Below, in pieces: positions 1 through 9,418 of a stretch of 64,000 nucleotides of DNA. The notes below the pieces were generated by a model that saw only the letters and a program-made list of their open reading frames with translations, ran no database searches and was not told the DNA's origin. Position numbers and translations under genes: made by a program. Position 1 is the first letter of the stretch, and the number at the start of each line of letters is the position of its first letter. The stretch comes from an uncultured delta proteobacterium (GTDB taxonomy: Bacteria > Desulfobacterota > WTBG01 > CAIYCZ01 > CAIRTM01). The stretch is from NCBI GenBank assembly GCA_963804955.1, contig CAWDSQ010000030.1:292650-356649 (forward strand), read 5' to 3'.

Positions 1-164
1 AAACCTGGTGTTTCATCAAATACAATGAAGCTAAGTTGAAAAAAAATAGCATTGAAAAATACAAATCACAATAAGCACAACTACTCAATTTTAACTGAGT
101 ATTTGTACTCATGCCGTTTGGATAATTTTGAGTTTGCGACTGACTTTTTTGTTAAAATCTTGAG

Positions 165-290
165 GTGGGCAAGCAGGCAGGCTGTAGAGCGTACTCCCTC
201 AAACTGCCCACACAACCGGAGGTATAGAGGATTTGCATCTCCACGGGGAGAAACGGCGTCGGACCTCAACTCCTGCCATCTACGCCTCGT
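165..290 (-). ncRNA. Candidate structured RNA / orphan IS110-like non-coding end
   Basis: Three adjacent stems: GTGGGCA 165-171/TGCCCAC 205-211; a hairpin at 216-246; GGCGT 255-259/ACGCC 282-286. Shares CAGGCAGGCTG..CGTAC with 56114-56133. Strand and family are inferred. Confidence 0.35.
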
Positions 291-309
291 TTTATCGCTT
301 GTTTTGCAG

Positions 310-337
310 TTGACAAATCCCGTTCTGGCGTTATACT
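310..337 (+). promoter_or_regulatory. Sigma70-like promoter of the AbrB/VapC operon
   Basis: TTGACA 310-315, 16-nt spacer, TATACT 332-337. Confidence 0.55.
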
Positions 338-376
338 TTTAATGGAAAATGTATAACACAGCAAGGGAGCAGCGAC

Positions 377-610
377 ATGCATCTCACCGTTTCAAGCAAA
401 GGCTGGGTTGTCATACCGGCGGAATTCCGCAAAAAATACCGGCTGCAGCCGGGATCAAAAGTCAGAATGGTCGACTATGGCGGCGTGCTTGCCGTAGTTC
501 CCGAGCTGCAGGATGCCGTTGCGCAGGGCTATGGCATGCTGAAAGGCACGGGCTCACTGACACAAGCGCTTCTGCGGGAGCACCGCAAGGAATACCGGCG
601 TGGCAAATAA
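377..610 (+). CDS. AbrB/MazE/SpoVT-family antitoxin
   Basis: 77 aa, VSSKGWVVIPAEFRKKY swapped-hairpin signature, overlaps the PIN gene. Confidence 0.9.
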   Translation: MHLTVSSKGWVVIPAEFRKKYRLQPGSKVRMVDYGGVLAVVPELQDAVAQGYGMLKGTGSLTQALLREHRKEYRRGK

Positions 611-1043
611 GGAAAGCGCCTATGTGCTGGACAGCTTTGCCGCGCTGGCCTATCTGGAAGGCGAACTTTCCGCTGATCGGGTTCTCGTGATTTTGCAGGA
701 GGCTCGCGCGGGCCGGTGCCAGGTTTTCATGTCCCTTGTAAATCTGGGGGAAGTGCTCTATATCACGGAGCGGGAGCAGGGCCTCACCAAAGCGCAGGCG
801 GCGCTGGCAGCTGTCGAGCAACTGCCCATAAAAATTCTTCCAGCATCACAGCAAGCCGTTTTCGCAGCTGCCCATATCAAGGCGCAGAACCGCGTTTCCT
901 ATGCCGATGCTTTTGCCATTGCCGCGGCTCAGGCCCTTGGCGCGGCAGTGGTCACCGGCGACCCGGAATTCAAACAGGTGAAAGACAGCGTCAGGATTGA
1001 ATGGCTTGTCAAAAAATCCCGGTCAGTCAAATCCCCCAAATAA
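600..1043 (+). CDS. vapC: PIN-domain VapC-family toxin
   Basis: YVLDS, VNLGEV, SYADAF and VTGDPEF PIN motifs. Confidence 0.9.
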   Translation: MANKESAYVLDSFAALAYLEGELSADRVLVILQEARAGRCQVFMSLVNLGEVLYITEREQGLTKAQAALAAVEQLPIKILPASQQAVFAAAHIKAQNRVSYADAFAIAAAQALGAAVVTGDPEFKQVKDSVRIEWLVKKSRSVKSPK

Positions 1044-1063
1044 TATCGAAATACAAAATCCCA

Positions 1064-1330
1064 GCACCACCCGCTGCGCGCAAAATAAGTTTCAATCGTT
1101 TCAGTTGTTTGAACTGATCAAACCGATGAAACTGCTGAAACTGTTTGAACCGTTGGAACGATGAATATCGCCTCAGTGGTTCACCCTTCTTTACTTCCGC
1201 TTTCTGAATCCCGGCTTCTTTTTTATATTTGAATCTTGAATTTTAAATCTTTAATCTATCCTTCCTACCCTCTGTCTGTTCTGTAGTTTTGAATTTTGAA
1301 TCCGGAATTTGAATCTGGAATCATTACTCC
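1064..1330. repeat. Mosaic intergenic module, copy 1
   Basis: Begins GCACCACCCGCTGCGC; 1162-1226 is identical to 2777-2841. Confidence 0.85.
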
Positions 1331-1463
1331 CTAACTCCTAACTCCCTAACTCCTAACTCCTAACTCCGAACCCCGAACTCTGAACTCTGAACTCTGAACT
1401 CTGGAACTCCGAACTCTGAACTCCGAACCCTGAACCCCGAACTCCGAACTCATGACTCCGAAC
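1326..1463. repeat. Degenerate heptamer tandem repeat (CTAACTC/CCGAACT/CTGAACT)
   Basis: Directly visible 7-bp periodicity. Confidence 0.9.
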
Positions 1464-1547
1464 TAATGTCACATTAACCATTTGCCAATTAAAAACTGCT
1501 ATTGTATGAATAACACAGTGAAATTTTAAATCCGCACGGGAGAGCAT

Positions 1548-2549
1548 ATGAAAATTACGTTAAACGAATTGACGGAGCTTACCGACAAAGCGCTGAAAAA
1601 CTTCGGCTACACTGATGAGGAAATCCCCATCATTCGTCAGGCCCTTTTCTATGCCCAGCTCAGGGGCAACAATCAGGGCGTGGTGAAGCTCATCGGTGCG
1701 GGCATGCCCAAAAGTCCCGATGCCGGAGAGATCGCCATTGTGAAGGAAACGCCCGTTTCGGCGCGCATCGACGGCAGCGGCAATCAGGCCATGGTCGTGA
1801 TGAAAAAGGCCGTTACCGTGGCTCTTGCAAAAGCCAAACAGAGCGGCTTTGCCATTGTCGGTACATTCAATACGTCGACCTCCTCGGGCGCTGTTGGCAA
1901 TTATGCCATGCAGCTGGCGCAGGAGGGATTTATCGGCCTGGTGTTCGGCCGCTCAACCGAGCGTGTTGCCATGTACGGCTCCTTCGAGCCGGTATTCGGC
2001 ACAAATCCCATCGCCATTGCCATACCGTGCTCGCCCTCGCCGGTTGTGCTCGATATGTCGACGGCGGCAATTTCGTATTTCGGACTGGTTGAGGCAAAAA
2101 CCGCCGGCAGGAAAATACCTGCTGATATGGCCTATGATGCCCGGGGCCGCGCCACGGACGATCCGGCTGCAGCCATACAGGGCGCTATCCGCTCTTTTGA
2201 CCGAAGCTACAAAGGCTCGGGCCTTGCGCTCATGGCGGAAATTCTTGCCGGCCCGCTTGCGGGCGCGGCATTTGCGGGTATCGGCAACAGCAAGAAGAAC
2301 TGGGGGCATCTGCTGATCGCCATTGATCCTGATCTGCTTGGCGACCGCGACGAGTTCACGGGCAATGTGGCTGCCATGGCGGCAAAAATAAAATCGACCA
2401 AACGCCTGCCCGGTGTCGATGAGATTTTTGTGCCCGGCGAGCGGGAGGAGCAGCTTGCGCGGCAATGCCTTGAAAGCGGTGAAATCGATATTGAGGATAA
2501 TCTGCTGAAGGGATTGCGCCTTGCCGCACAGCAGCCAGGCGAATGCTGA
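1548..2549 (+). CDS. Ldh_2-family (malate/L-lactate/sulfolactate-type) oxidoreductase
   Basis: 333 aa with GTNPIA, VLDMST, YKGSGL and VPGE motifs. Confidence 0.9.
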   Translation: MKITLNELTELTDKALKNFGYTDEEIPIIRQALFYAQLRGNNQGVVKLIGAGMPKSPDAGEIAIVKETPVSARIDGSGNQAMVVMKKAVTVALAKAKQSGFAIVGTFNTSTSSGAVGNYAMQLAQEGFIGLVFGRSTERVAMYGSFEPVFGTNPIAIAIPCSPSPVVLDMSTAAISYFGLVEAKTAGRKIPADMAYDARGRATDDPAAAIQGAIRSFDRSYKGSGLALMAEILAGPLAGAAFAGIGNSKKNWGHLLIAIDPDLLGDRDEFTGNVAAMAAKIKSTKRLPGVDEIFVPGEREEQLARQCLESGEIDIEDNLLKGLRLAAQQPGEC

Positions 2550-2675
2550 TTATGCGTTTGCAGAATAAGCGAATGTTTCCGCTAATTAGGTCTCCAAAAA
2601 AAGGGTGCAAGTCTGCTCTTGGCTGATGCAAAGGTCAACGCGACGAGCCTCTTTCTGCCCCCGGATATATTTTTT

Positions 2676-2920
2676 GCACCACCCGCTGCGCGCAAAATAA
2701 GTTTTAATCGTTGTCAGTTGATGGAACTGATCAAACCGTATGAGACTGCGGAGACTGTTTGAACCGGTTGGAACGTTGAATATCGCCTCAGTGGTTCACC
2801 CTTCTTTACTTCCGCTTTCTGAATCCCGGCTTCTTTTTTATTATCTTGAATCTTGAACTATCCTTCCTCCCCTCTGTCCGCTTGTAGATTTGAATTTTGA
2901 ATCTGGAATCATTACCCCCG
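2676..2920. repeat. Mosaic intergenic module, copy 2
   Basis: Colinear with 1064-1330. Confidence 0.85.
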
Positions 2921-3090
2921 ATTCCGGAACCAGTATTCTGCTCTCCGCCTTCTTCAGTGAAACAAGCTTGCATGCTTGCTGGTTCCGTCTTGAATCTTGA
3001 ATCCGGAATCTTGAACGTTCTTGTATTTTTAACCCGAACCCAGCACTCCGCCCTCCATGCCGCTGCAATGAATTCTCCAGGGTCAAATTA

Positions 3091-3170
3091 GTCAGCATAT
3101 ATATTGACTAATTTAATTTTATGTAAATAAATATATTGACAAAATGAAAAAAATGTCTATATATATTGAC
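3091..3170. promoter_or_regulatory. Three operator-like boxes overlapping the mobile mystery A promoter
   Basis: ATATATTGAC at 3099, 3131 and 3161; 3155-3170 GTCTATATATATTGAC is a one-mismatch palindrome. Confidence 0.6.
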
Positions 3171-3182
3171 AGGAGGTGTTCA

Positions 3183-3644
3183 ATGAAAACAAATTGCAAA
3201 CTCATTAGACAGGCAGCTTGACAGCACCCTGAAAAAGTTTCAGCCTTTGCGGGCTGCACCGATTCCGGCAAAGGGCTGGATCAGGGCAATACGTGATGCT
3301 CTGGGCATAACCGGCCAACAACTTGGTCATCGTCTGGGGCTGAGTAAACAGCGTGCCGCCTTCATCGAAAAGCAGGAGCTGGATGGCGCCGCTACTCTTA
3401 AAACCATGCGCAGGGTTGCAGAGGCGCTTGATTGCGTTTTCGTCTACGGTTTTGTACCGCGGACCAGCCTTGAAAAAACTGTGCTCAGCCAGGCGGAATC
3501 CGTTGCCGCCGAGGCAGCTTGGCAGGGCCGCTCATACAATGCGTCTTGAAGATCAAAGCCGGGACATAGGGAGAATCAGGAGAGTCTCATTAACCTGACC
3601 CGAAAACTTGTCGACACACCCCCGAAGAATCTTGGGAGGAATAA
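3183..3644 (+). CDS. Mobile mystery protein A (HTH), frameshifted in this assembly
   Basis: AGGAGG-ATG at 3183; GWIRAIRDALG, HTM.LEDQ and W-E-E-stop segments lie in different frames. Confidence 0.8.
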
Positions 3645-4233
3645 TGCCTGATTTCAACTATCCTGAAGGAGCAACTCCCCTTAGCCCGGATGAAGCTGCA
3701 GGTCTGCTTCTTACGCATATAACAACTCGCGGTGAGCTGGATAGATGGGAGCAGGACACTATCATTGAAGCCCAGGTTTGGCTTGACGGAAAAAAACCGA
3801 AAGACTTACTGAATGAGCTGTTTCTGAAAAATCTTCACAAGAGGATGTTCTCCAGAGTCTGGAAATGGGCGGGGCAGTATCGTCAAGCAAATAAAAATCT
3901 CGGCATTGACTGCAGCAGATACCCGTGAGCATCAGAAATCTGTTCGATGATGCAAAGCTCTGGATTGAGGTTCGACACGACTCATCCGATGAAATTGCCG
4001 TTCGTTTTCACCACCGTCTCGTTGCAATTCACCCCTTTTCAAACGGCAATGGCCGCCACGCACGGCTTATGACGGATCTGCTGCTTGAAAACATTTTGGA
4101 CGTTAAACGGTTCACCTGGGGCAGCGGTCAGGAGCTTTCAAAGTCCGGCGAGACCAGAGGCACATACATTGCCGCACTTCGTGAAGCAGACACGGGGAAC
4201 TATAAACCCCTGCTAAAATTTGCCCGGTCATAA
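3644..4233 (+). CDS. Mobile mystery protein B (Fic domain), one frameshift near 3925
   Basis: PEGATPL, W.WAG.YR and Fic motif HPFSNGNGRHAR; TAATG coupling to gene A. Confidence 0.85.
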
Positions 4234-4256
4234 GCAGTAGAAAAATACACCGCCCG

Positions 4257-5972
4257 CTATTGCCCGTACTGGCTGCCCGGCTGCGCCCAGTCTTTTGCGG
4301 AATCGCACACACGGCTTTTTTCCGCAAAAATAGCCTTGATTTCATTGTCTCCTGCGGTCGAAAGCTGCTCTTCGGCCGTGCTTATTTCGGTTGATCTCTT
4401 CCCGCGCTTCCACCAGGGCCCTCCCCGGCGGATATAGGTCTGCGTATCGCCATAGAACATGCTTGCGCTCATCCCGTAGGTGTTCGGGTCCTCATAATTG
4501 GTCCACGGCTCAACCCCCTCTTCCTCCTCATAGCGGATCATATCGTGGTCCTGATCCGTGGCCACGACTTTCTCGACGAGGAATTTATGGCGCAGCTCAT
4601 GGGCGACAATGGCGGCCACGGCCTCTATTCCTTCCACGCGATCCCGGGTGAGCGTGAGCGAGTGCGTTCCGGTCTTGTCGGTCAGGGGCTGGTTCATGGG
4701 GCCGAAAGCATAGCTTGCTGCTGTTTTGCCGATGGTCAGGGTGTGGCTTGTCCAGTCGTAGTAGCCGCCCTTATCGGAGTCTTCATAGGTGAACTGGTCA
4801 AGCTTGGGCACCGGCCCCTGCTTCCAGTAATAATACCAGTTTGCGCTTTTCGTTCCGCCGGAGTCAGGGTGGTCCGTGCCGTCCCGCTCGAAGAATACCC
4901 GGAAATCCTTTGAGTTGCTCAGCTCCAGGTCGGGAATGCTGGCGGTGATTGTCTTTGATCCGAAATCGTCATTGCCCTCAGGAAGCTTCTTGTACGTGAC
5001 CACCACTTTCGACACACCCGTTACAGGGTTATTGGTGACTTTGATCTCCCTGTCCGACTCATTGCCGATTGCCGGGACATCCCAGTGCACCTGGTCTGCC
5101 ATGTTCGCGGGAGTTACTTTGGCCTTGGCGAAGAATACAAGCCTGCCGTTATGGAAAACAAGATCGGTCTCAGGGCCCGGCTTTATAACGAACTGCTGCT
5201 TCAGCTTTATAATCTCAAGAGTGGCGTCCTGTTTGTCGCCGGGCACCAGGGTCCAGTTGAAGGGGACTTGAAGGTTCTCTTGGCCGTAAAAAGATGCGTT
5301 AACATTGGTAATGCTGCCCTTGAGGGTCAGGCCTGATGCCGGGAGCGGCGTATAATAATCGGTTTCAAAAGGGCCGAAGCCGACGATGCTCGTGTCTGTT
5401 TCGCCTGAGCAGGTATCGTTTAAATTGGAGTCGAACGTGACATTCTGTGTCACAAAATGATAGGTGTTCAGCGTTTCCCCCTCGTAATAATTTATATCGA
5501 GAAAATAGTAATCAGCCACCGGCTCCATGGGTTGAAGCTCGGAGCTTTCTTCGGTTTCGGTCCATGAAATGCATCCGCCATCGCTGCGTTCGCATTCCAC
5601 ATTGATGGTGTCCTGGTATGAGCCCGTGAGCGTGCCTTCTCCTGACCAGGTGGCGACCATAGTATCGGGAGGGCTGATCGTATGATCCAGATTAAGGGTG
5701 CATTGTCCGTTAACCGTCCAGTTTCGCGTTTGCGTATAGGCGCAGTAATAATTGTCACCCGTAAACGAGTACTCTGAAACCGTGCTGGGCAGGCTCGCAT
5801 TGAACGTGCCCTTCCAGCTTTTTACCAGGGCAAAGCGCCTGGGGCCGGTGGACTGGGCGCTTGCCATTGAGCTGCCGCAGAGGAGAATAAGCGAGACGAT
5901 AATACATACTCTTACTCCGGCTTGATACGTCCGTGCGCTTTGTATTCTTTGTTTGAAGGTAAAGTAATTCAT
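4257..5972 (-). CDS. Hypothetical exported protein with C-terminal HExxH motif
   Basis: 571 aa, signal-peptide-like N-terminus, AHELRH followed by DQDHD. Confidence 0.75.
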   Translation of the reverse strand: MNYFTFKQRIQSARTYQAGVRVCIIVSLILLCGSSMASAQSTGPRRFALVKSWKGTFNASLPSTVSEYSFTGDNYYCAYTQTRNWTVNGQCTLNLDHTISPPDTMVATWSGEGTLTGSYQDTINVECERSDGGCISWTETEESSELQPMEPVADYYFLDINYYEGETLNTYHFVTQNVTFDSNLNDTCSGETDTSIVGFGPFETDYYTPLPASGLTLKGSITNVNASFYGQENLQVPFNWTLVPGDKQDATLEIIKLKQQFVIKPGPETDLVFHNGRLVFFAKAKVTPANMADQVHWDVPAIGNESDREIKVTNNPVTGVSKVVVTYKKLPEGNDDFGSKTITASIPDLELSNSKDFRVFFERDGTDHPDSGGTKSANWYYYWKQGPVPKLDQFTYEDSDKGGYYDWTSHTLTIGKTAASYAFGPMNQPLTDKTGTHSLTLTRDRVEGIEAVAAIVAHELRHKFLVEKVVATDQDHDMIRYEEEEGVEPWTNYEDPNTYGMSASMFYGDTQTYIRRGGPWWKRGKRSTEISTAEEQLSTAGDNEIKAIFAEKSRVCDSAKDWAQPGSQYGQ

Positions 5973-6131
5973 ACGCCCTTTTCTTTCTTGATAGTTATAC
6001 CAGCATGTTTAAAGTTTTTTCCCGGTTCATTATAAGACCTTTGGAAAAATAATCAACCTTTCTGATAGCTCCACAGGCGAGACTTTGCGCAAAGGTTTCC
6101 GTCCCGGCTTGCCTGCCACCTTATGTTTTTT

Positions 6132-6300
6132 GCACCACCCGCTGCGCTCGCATCTTAAACTCCGCACTCTGTCCGCTCTGTAGTTTTGAATCCTGAATTT
6201 TGAATCTGGAATCGATTACCCCCGAACTCTGAACTCATGATTCCGAACTAATGGCACATTAACCATTTGAATATTAAAAACAATCATTGTATAAAAATAA
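6132..6300. repeat. Mosaic intergenic module, copy 3 (internally deleted)
   Basis: Same start motif; matches about 1270-1330 and 1436-1512. Confidence 0.8.
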
Positions 6301-6480
6301 TGCTGTTGTTGAGTTTCATAAAAATACTGCTTCAAGGGGGTTCTTCGGCATGTCTTTTCATATTACATTACATCGATTTTATTGTGGTGGTGATAAGGTC
6401 GCAGGTTGCGCGACGCGCATGTATTCGCGTGCCGGCTTATTTGAGAAAAACAGTCGGAAAAAATTAAACTCATGAAAAAT

Positions 6481-6496
6481 ACATCAAAATTGATGT
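6481..6496. promoter_or_regulatory. Palindromic operator of the RelE/HTH pair
   Basis: ACATCAA-aa-TTGATGT just before the toxin start. Confidence 0.5.
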
Positions 6497-6505
6497 TGAA
6501 AAAGA

Positions 6506-6859
6506 ATGGAATTCATCGTAGAGTTTTATGATACGGCGGATGGATGCTGCCCGGTTCGGGAATTTCTGGACGGGCTGAAAGCCAGCGATCCGGGCGATTT
6601 TGCGGCGGTGCTGGCCGGGCTGGCAAAACTTCGCAACAGGCAGTATCATCGCGAACCGCTGTCAAAAGCTATTGGCGACGGGCTTTTTGAACTGCGCCAT
6701 GTGGGAAAACTCAACACCCGGGTGCTCTGGTTTTTTGTGAAAGATCAACGAATTATTGCCGTACATGGTATCCGGAATAAGAGGCAGGCCATACCGGCCC
6801 GAGACAGGCAAATCGCCCTCGATCGGATGCGCGACTGGCGGAAACGGATGAAAATATGA
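6506..6859 (+). CDS. RelE/ParE (Gp49/HigB-like) toxin
   Basis: CPVREFLD, GLFELR and RVLWFF..IIAVHG motifs; toxin-first order. Confidence 0.85.
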   Translation: MEFIVEFYDTADGCCPVREFLDGLKASDPGDFAAVLAGLAKLRNRQYHREPLSKAIGDGLFELRHVGKLNTRVLWFFVKDQRIIAVHGIRNKRQAIPARDRQIALDRMRDWRKRMKI

Positions 6860-7209
6860 AAAAAACAAACTTTGACCGCTATCTGCAGGAGCAGATGAAG
6901 GACGAGGCATTTGCCGCGCGCTTTGAGCAGGCAGGGCAGGCCTGGGATGTGGCGCTGCAGATTGCTTCTCTTCGCAGGCAGGCCGGGCTTTCGCAAAAAG
7001 AACTTGCCAAAGCTCTCAATACTTCTCAGCAGCAGGTAAGCCGCCTTGAGTCACCATCCTATGAAGGTCATTCGCTCAGCATGTTGCGCCGCGTCGCCGA
7101 TGTTCTGCATACCAGGGTGCGTATCGTGTTTGAGCCTGTAAAAAAGCGGCAGGCCGGAATCCATGCCGCCGAGGCAGCCGCGCCGTATCGCGCCCGGCGA
7201 AGCAAATAG
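6856..7209 (+). CDS. XRE-family HTH antitoxin (HigA-like)
   Basis: GLSQKELAKALNTSQQQVSRLE HTH; ATGA overlap with the toxin gene. Confidence 0.85.
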   Translation: MKKTNFDRYLQEQMKDEAFAARFEQAGQAWDVALQIASLRRQAGLSQKELAKALNTSQQQVSRLESPSYEGHSLSMLRRVADVLHTRVRIVFEPVKKRQAGIHAAEAAAPYRARRSK

Positions 7210-7270
7210 GAAGAAATAAGAAATAAAAAGCTGGAATGAAGAAACATGAATATGATTTGAGGGATAGCTC

Positions 7271-7291
7271 GTAGGGTGCGCCGTGCGCACC
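7271..7291. repeat. GTAG-type REP hairpin (relatives at 9360-9383, 17983-18007)
   Basis: GTAG followed by a short GC-rich palindrome. Confidence 0.6.
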
Positions 7292-7626
7292 GATATTCTC
7301 TGAATTCTGCCTTCTATTTTTCTGCCCACCGAACCCCGACCCCTGTACCCTGTTTTTCTGCGCTACGCCCTCTGAAAGAAAAGGGGTCAGGTCTACGTTT
7401 GACTTATGAACGCGGAGAGGTGTCGATGGACTAATCTATATTTTGATATTTCTGTATGCTGGAAAATAAAGGGGGCAGCAGCGCCCTTAACTAAAAAATT
7501 TATCTAGATGAGCTGACAAAACACGACAGCAAACCTTGATATCTTTTTGCTGTAAAGACGAAGCCCTTGAAGACAGCGCCAATCTCCCGGCCCCCGATAG
7601 AGCTGCAGAGTAACAGAGGTGGAAAA

Positions 7627-7932
7627 TTATTTACAACAAGGATTGAAGTTTTTATCTTTTAAATAGCGATAACCATCCGGGCATTTAATGCAGCGCTTGA
7701 GAGGCGACTTGGTGTAAAAATACCCTTGTGGGCATTTTACACATGTATTTCTCTCCGAAAGAGTATAGGTCGATGGGCAACTGCCGTCTGAACTAACTTT
7801 CATCTCACTTTCTATTGAAACCTCACTGAACCCCACACAGTCTTCTGCGCAATAGGTTTGCGGTGTTTGGGTTACTACAAAAAAAGTCACTGTTAACAAT
7901 ACAATTAAGAAAAAAAACACGTACTTTTTCAT
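7627..7932 (-). CDS. Small exported cysteine-rich protein
   Basis: 101 aa, signal peptide, two CxKCPxGY units, AT-rich. Confidence 0.7.
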   Translation of the reverse strand: MKKYVFFFLIVLLTVTFFVVTQTPQTYCAEDCVGFSEVSIESEMKVSSDGSCPSTYTLSERNTCVKCPQGYFYTKSPLKRCIKCPDGYRYLKDKNFNPCCK

Positions 7933-8233
7933 GATATATCCTCGTAAAAAGAAAAGTTAAATTTCTGCACCTGGAGCATTTATCTAAATCTTGTAACCGA
8001 AAATCAAAAAACAGATGAGAGCGTTAGCTGTATGACAGCATTTGTTGTCATTCCCGCATGACGGGAATCCCTTTTGGTGTGCTGAAAAATGATTCCGGAC
8101 AAGCCGATGACCAGGGTCTGTTTCGCTCGCCAACACATCAATAATGGTTATAGTAAAATGTTAAATGCTCTAAGGAAGAAATAGTTTATATATACTTCCC
8201 TGCTCATTTTTTGAATAAATAGGTACAGAATTT

Positions 8234-8320
8234 GGACGCGCCATCTTTGATGCCTGCCTCGTCAAACCCTTTTTTCTCAGGATGCCGCTGTCGAACTGGC
8301 TGCAGGGGCTGCCGTCGGGA
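8234..8320 (-). repeat. Degenerate duplicate of the queC 3' end
   Basis: ACGCGCCATC(T/C)TTGATGCCTGCCTCGTCAAACCCTTTTTT and the following bases match about 9430-9516. Confidence 0.8.
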
Positions 8321-8330
8321 GGCTTTGCCG

Positions 8331-8847
8331 CTATCCCTCCAGCGACGGTTTTTCATGCACAAAAAACCATTGCGCTGGATCTTCCAGATACAGCAGCGTT
8401 TCTCTGAGCGACCTGAAATGTTCAAGCTCCATGGCAGCCATGCGGGCGAAAAAAAATTTTTCTTCGGGAGATTCTCCCGCACGTACTCAGGTTTTCATAC
8501 AGGGTATACCCCTTTGTTTCAAAAGCAATGGCAACCTTGAGGGCATCGTGATCATCCGGATCAACCGGCGACTTGTCGGTGGTTGATCGCGCAATATCAA
8601 ACAGATGCTGCATGGCAACGGTATCGCTGCTGTCTGAGGTTATGTATTCAGGCCACGTTCCCCTGGCGGTAAGCTCTCCATGAATTCTCTGCAGGCGTTC
8701 AAAATGTTCCTGCTCATCGTCGGCAATGCGGGCAAACATTCCTTTAGCAACGGGGTTTTTCGCCTTGCTGCTGTGCAGCAGATAAAAATTCCGCTCATGA
8801 ATTTCGTTTTCAAGAGCGAGGTCAATCGACTTGAATTCGTTTTTCAT
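8331..8847 (-). CDS. Ferritin-like/rubrerythrin-family diiron protein (frameshift near 8480)
   Basis: ExxE and DEQEH motifs; C-terminus YLEDPAQWFFVHEKPSLEG in a shifted frame. Confidence 0.8.
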
Positions 8848-9077
8848 AGGCACCTCTTGGTAAAAAAAACAGTGTTAGCTCCTTCAGGGCAGGAAATCCT
8901 CATCATTGCACATGCCATTCCCGTTTGGTTAGTTTGTGAATTATGACAGGTATATAAAGATTTGATGTAGCATATTTTTCCAAGCATTCAACAGGTAATC
9001 GAACCAGGTTCTTCGGCCGGGTGATTTTACGAATGCATTCACTTCGGGTTCAGCCCCGCGGCTTACCATATATCCCT

Positions 9078-9142
9078 TCATTCCGGCGAAAGCCGGAATC
9101 CAGTAAAAAGCAGACTGGATGCCGGATCAAGTCCGGCATGAC
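9078..9142. repeat. Palindromic intergenic repeat (TCATT...ATGAC type; similar elements at 8046-8110, 25069-25145, 48139-48204, 49674-49756)
   Basis: TCATTCCGGCGAAAGCCGGAATCCAG...CTGGATGCCGG...CCGGCATGAC. Confidence 0.7.
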
Positions 9143-9418
9143 GAAACAACTTTAATACGCCGCTGCTTGCGGCAGGGGGGAGTAAAAACAGACAGGAGGC
9201 AGAAATAAGAAAGGCTGTAGGCTGTTAGGCTGTCGGCGGAAGGAACAGGAAAGGCTGCCAGGCGTAAAAACAGTAGTCAGTATCGCAGAAGTCAGAAAAG
9301 CGAGAAGCGTGGATCGAAAGGCAGGGAGCAAAAAGACGACAGTAGTGAGTAGGGATTTTGTAGGGGCGTTCGGCTGAACGCCCAGGGTCTGCGGATGAAT
9401 CAACCCCCGCAGGGAGCA

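Noticed and set aside
185..250. Group II intron domain V/VI
   Set aside because: No AGC/CGC triad in a canonical DV hairpin and no reverse transcriptase gene.
1326..1463. Heptamer array as a CRISPR or as the ORF 1353-1547
   Set aside because: No unique spacers and no cas genes; the ORF is a translation of the repeat.
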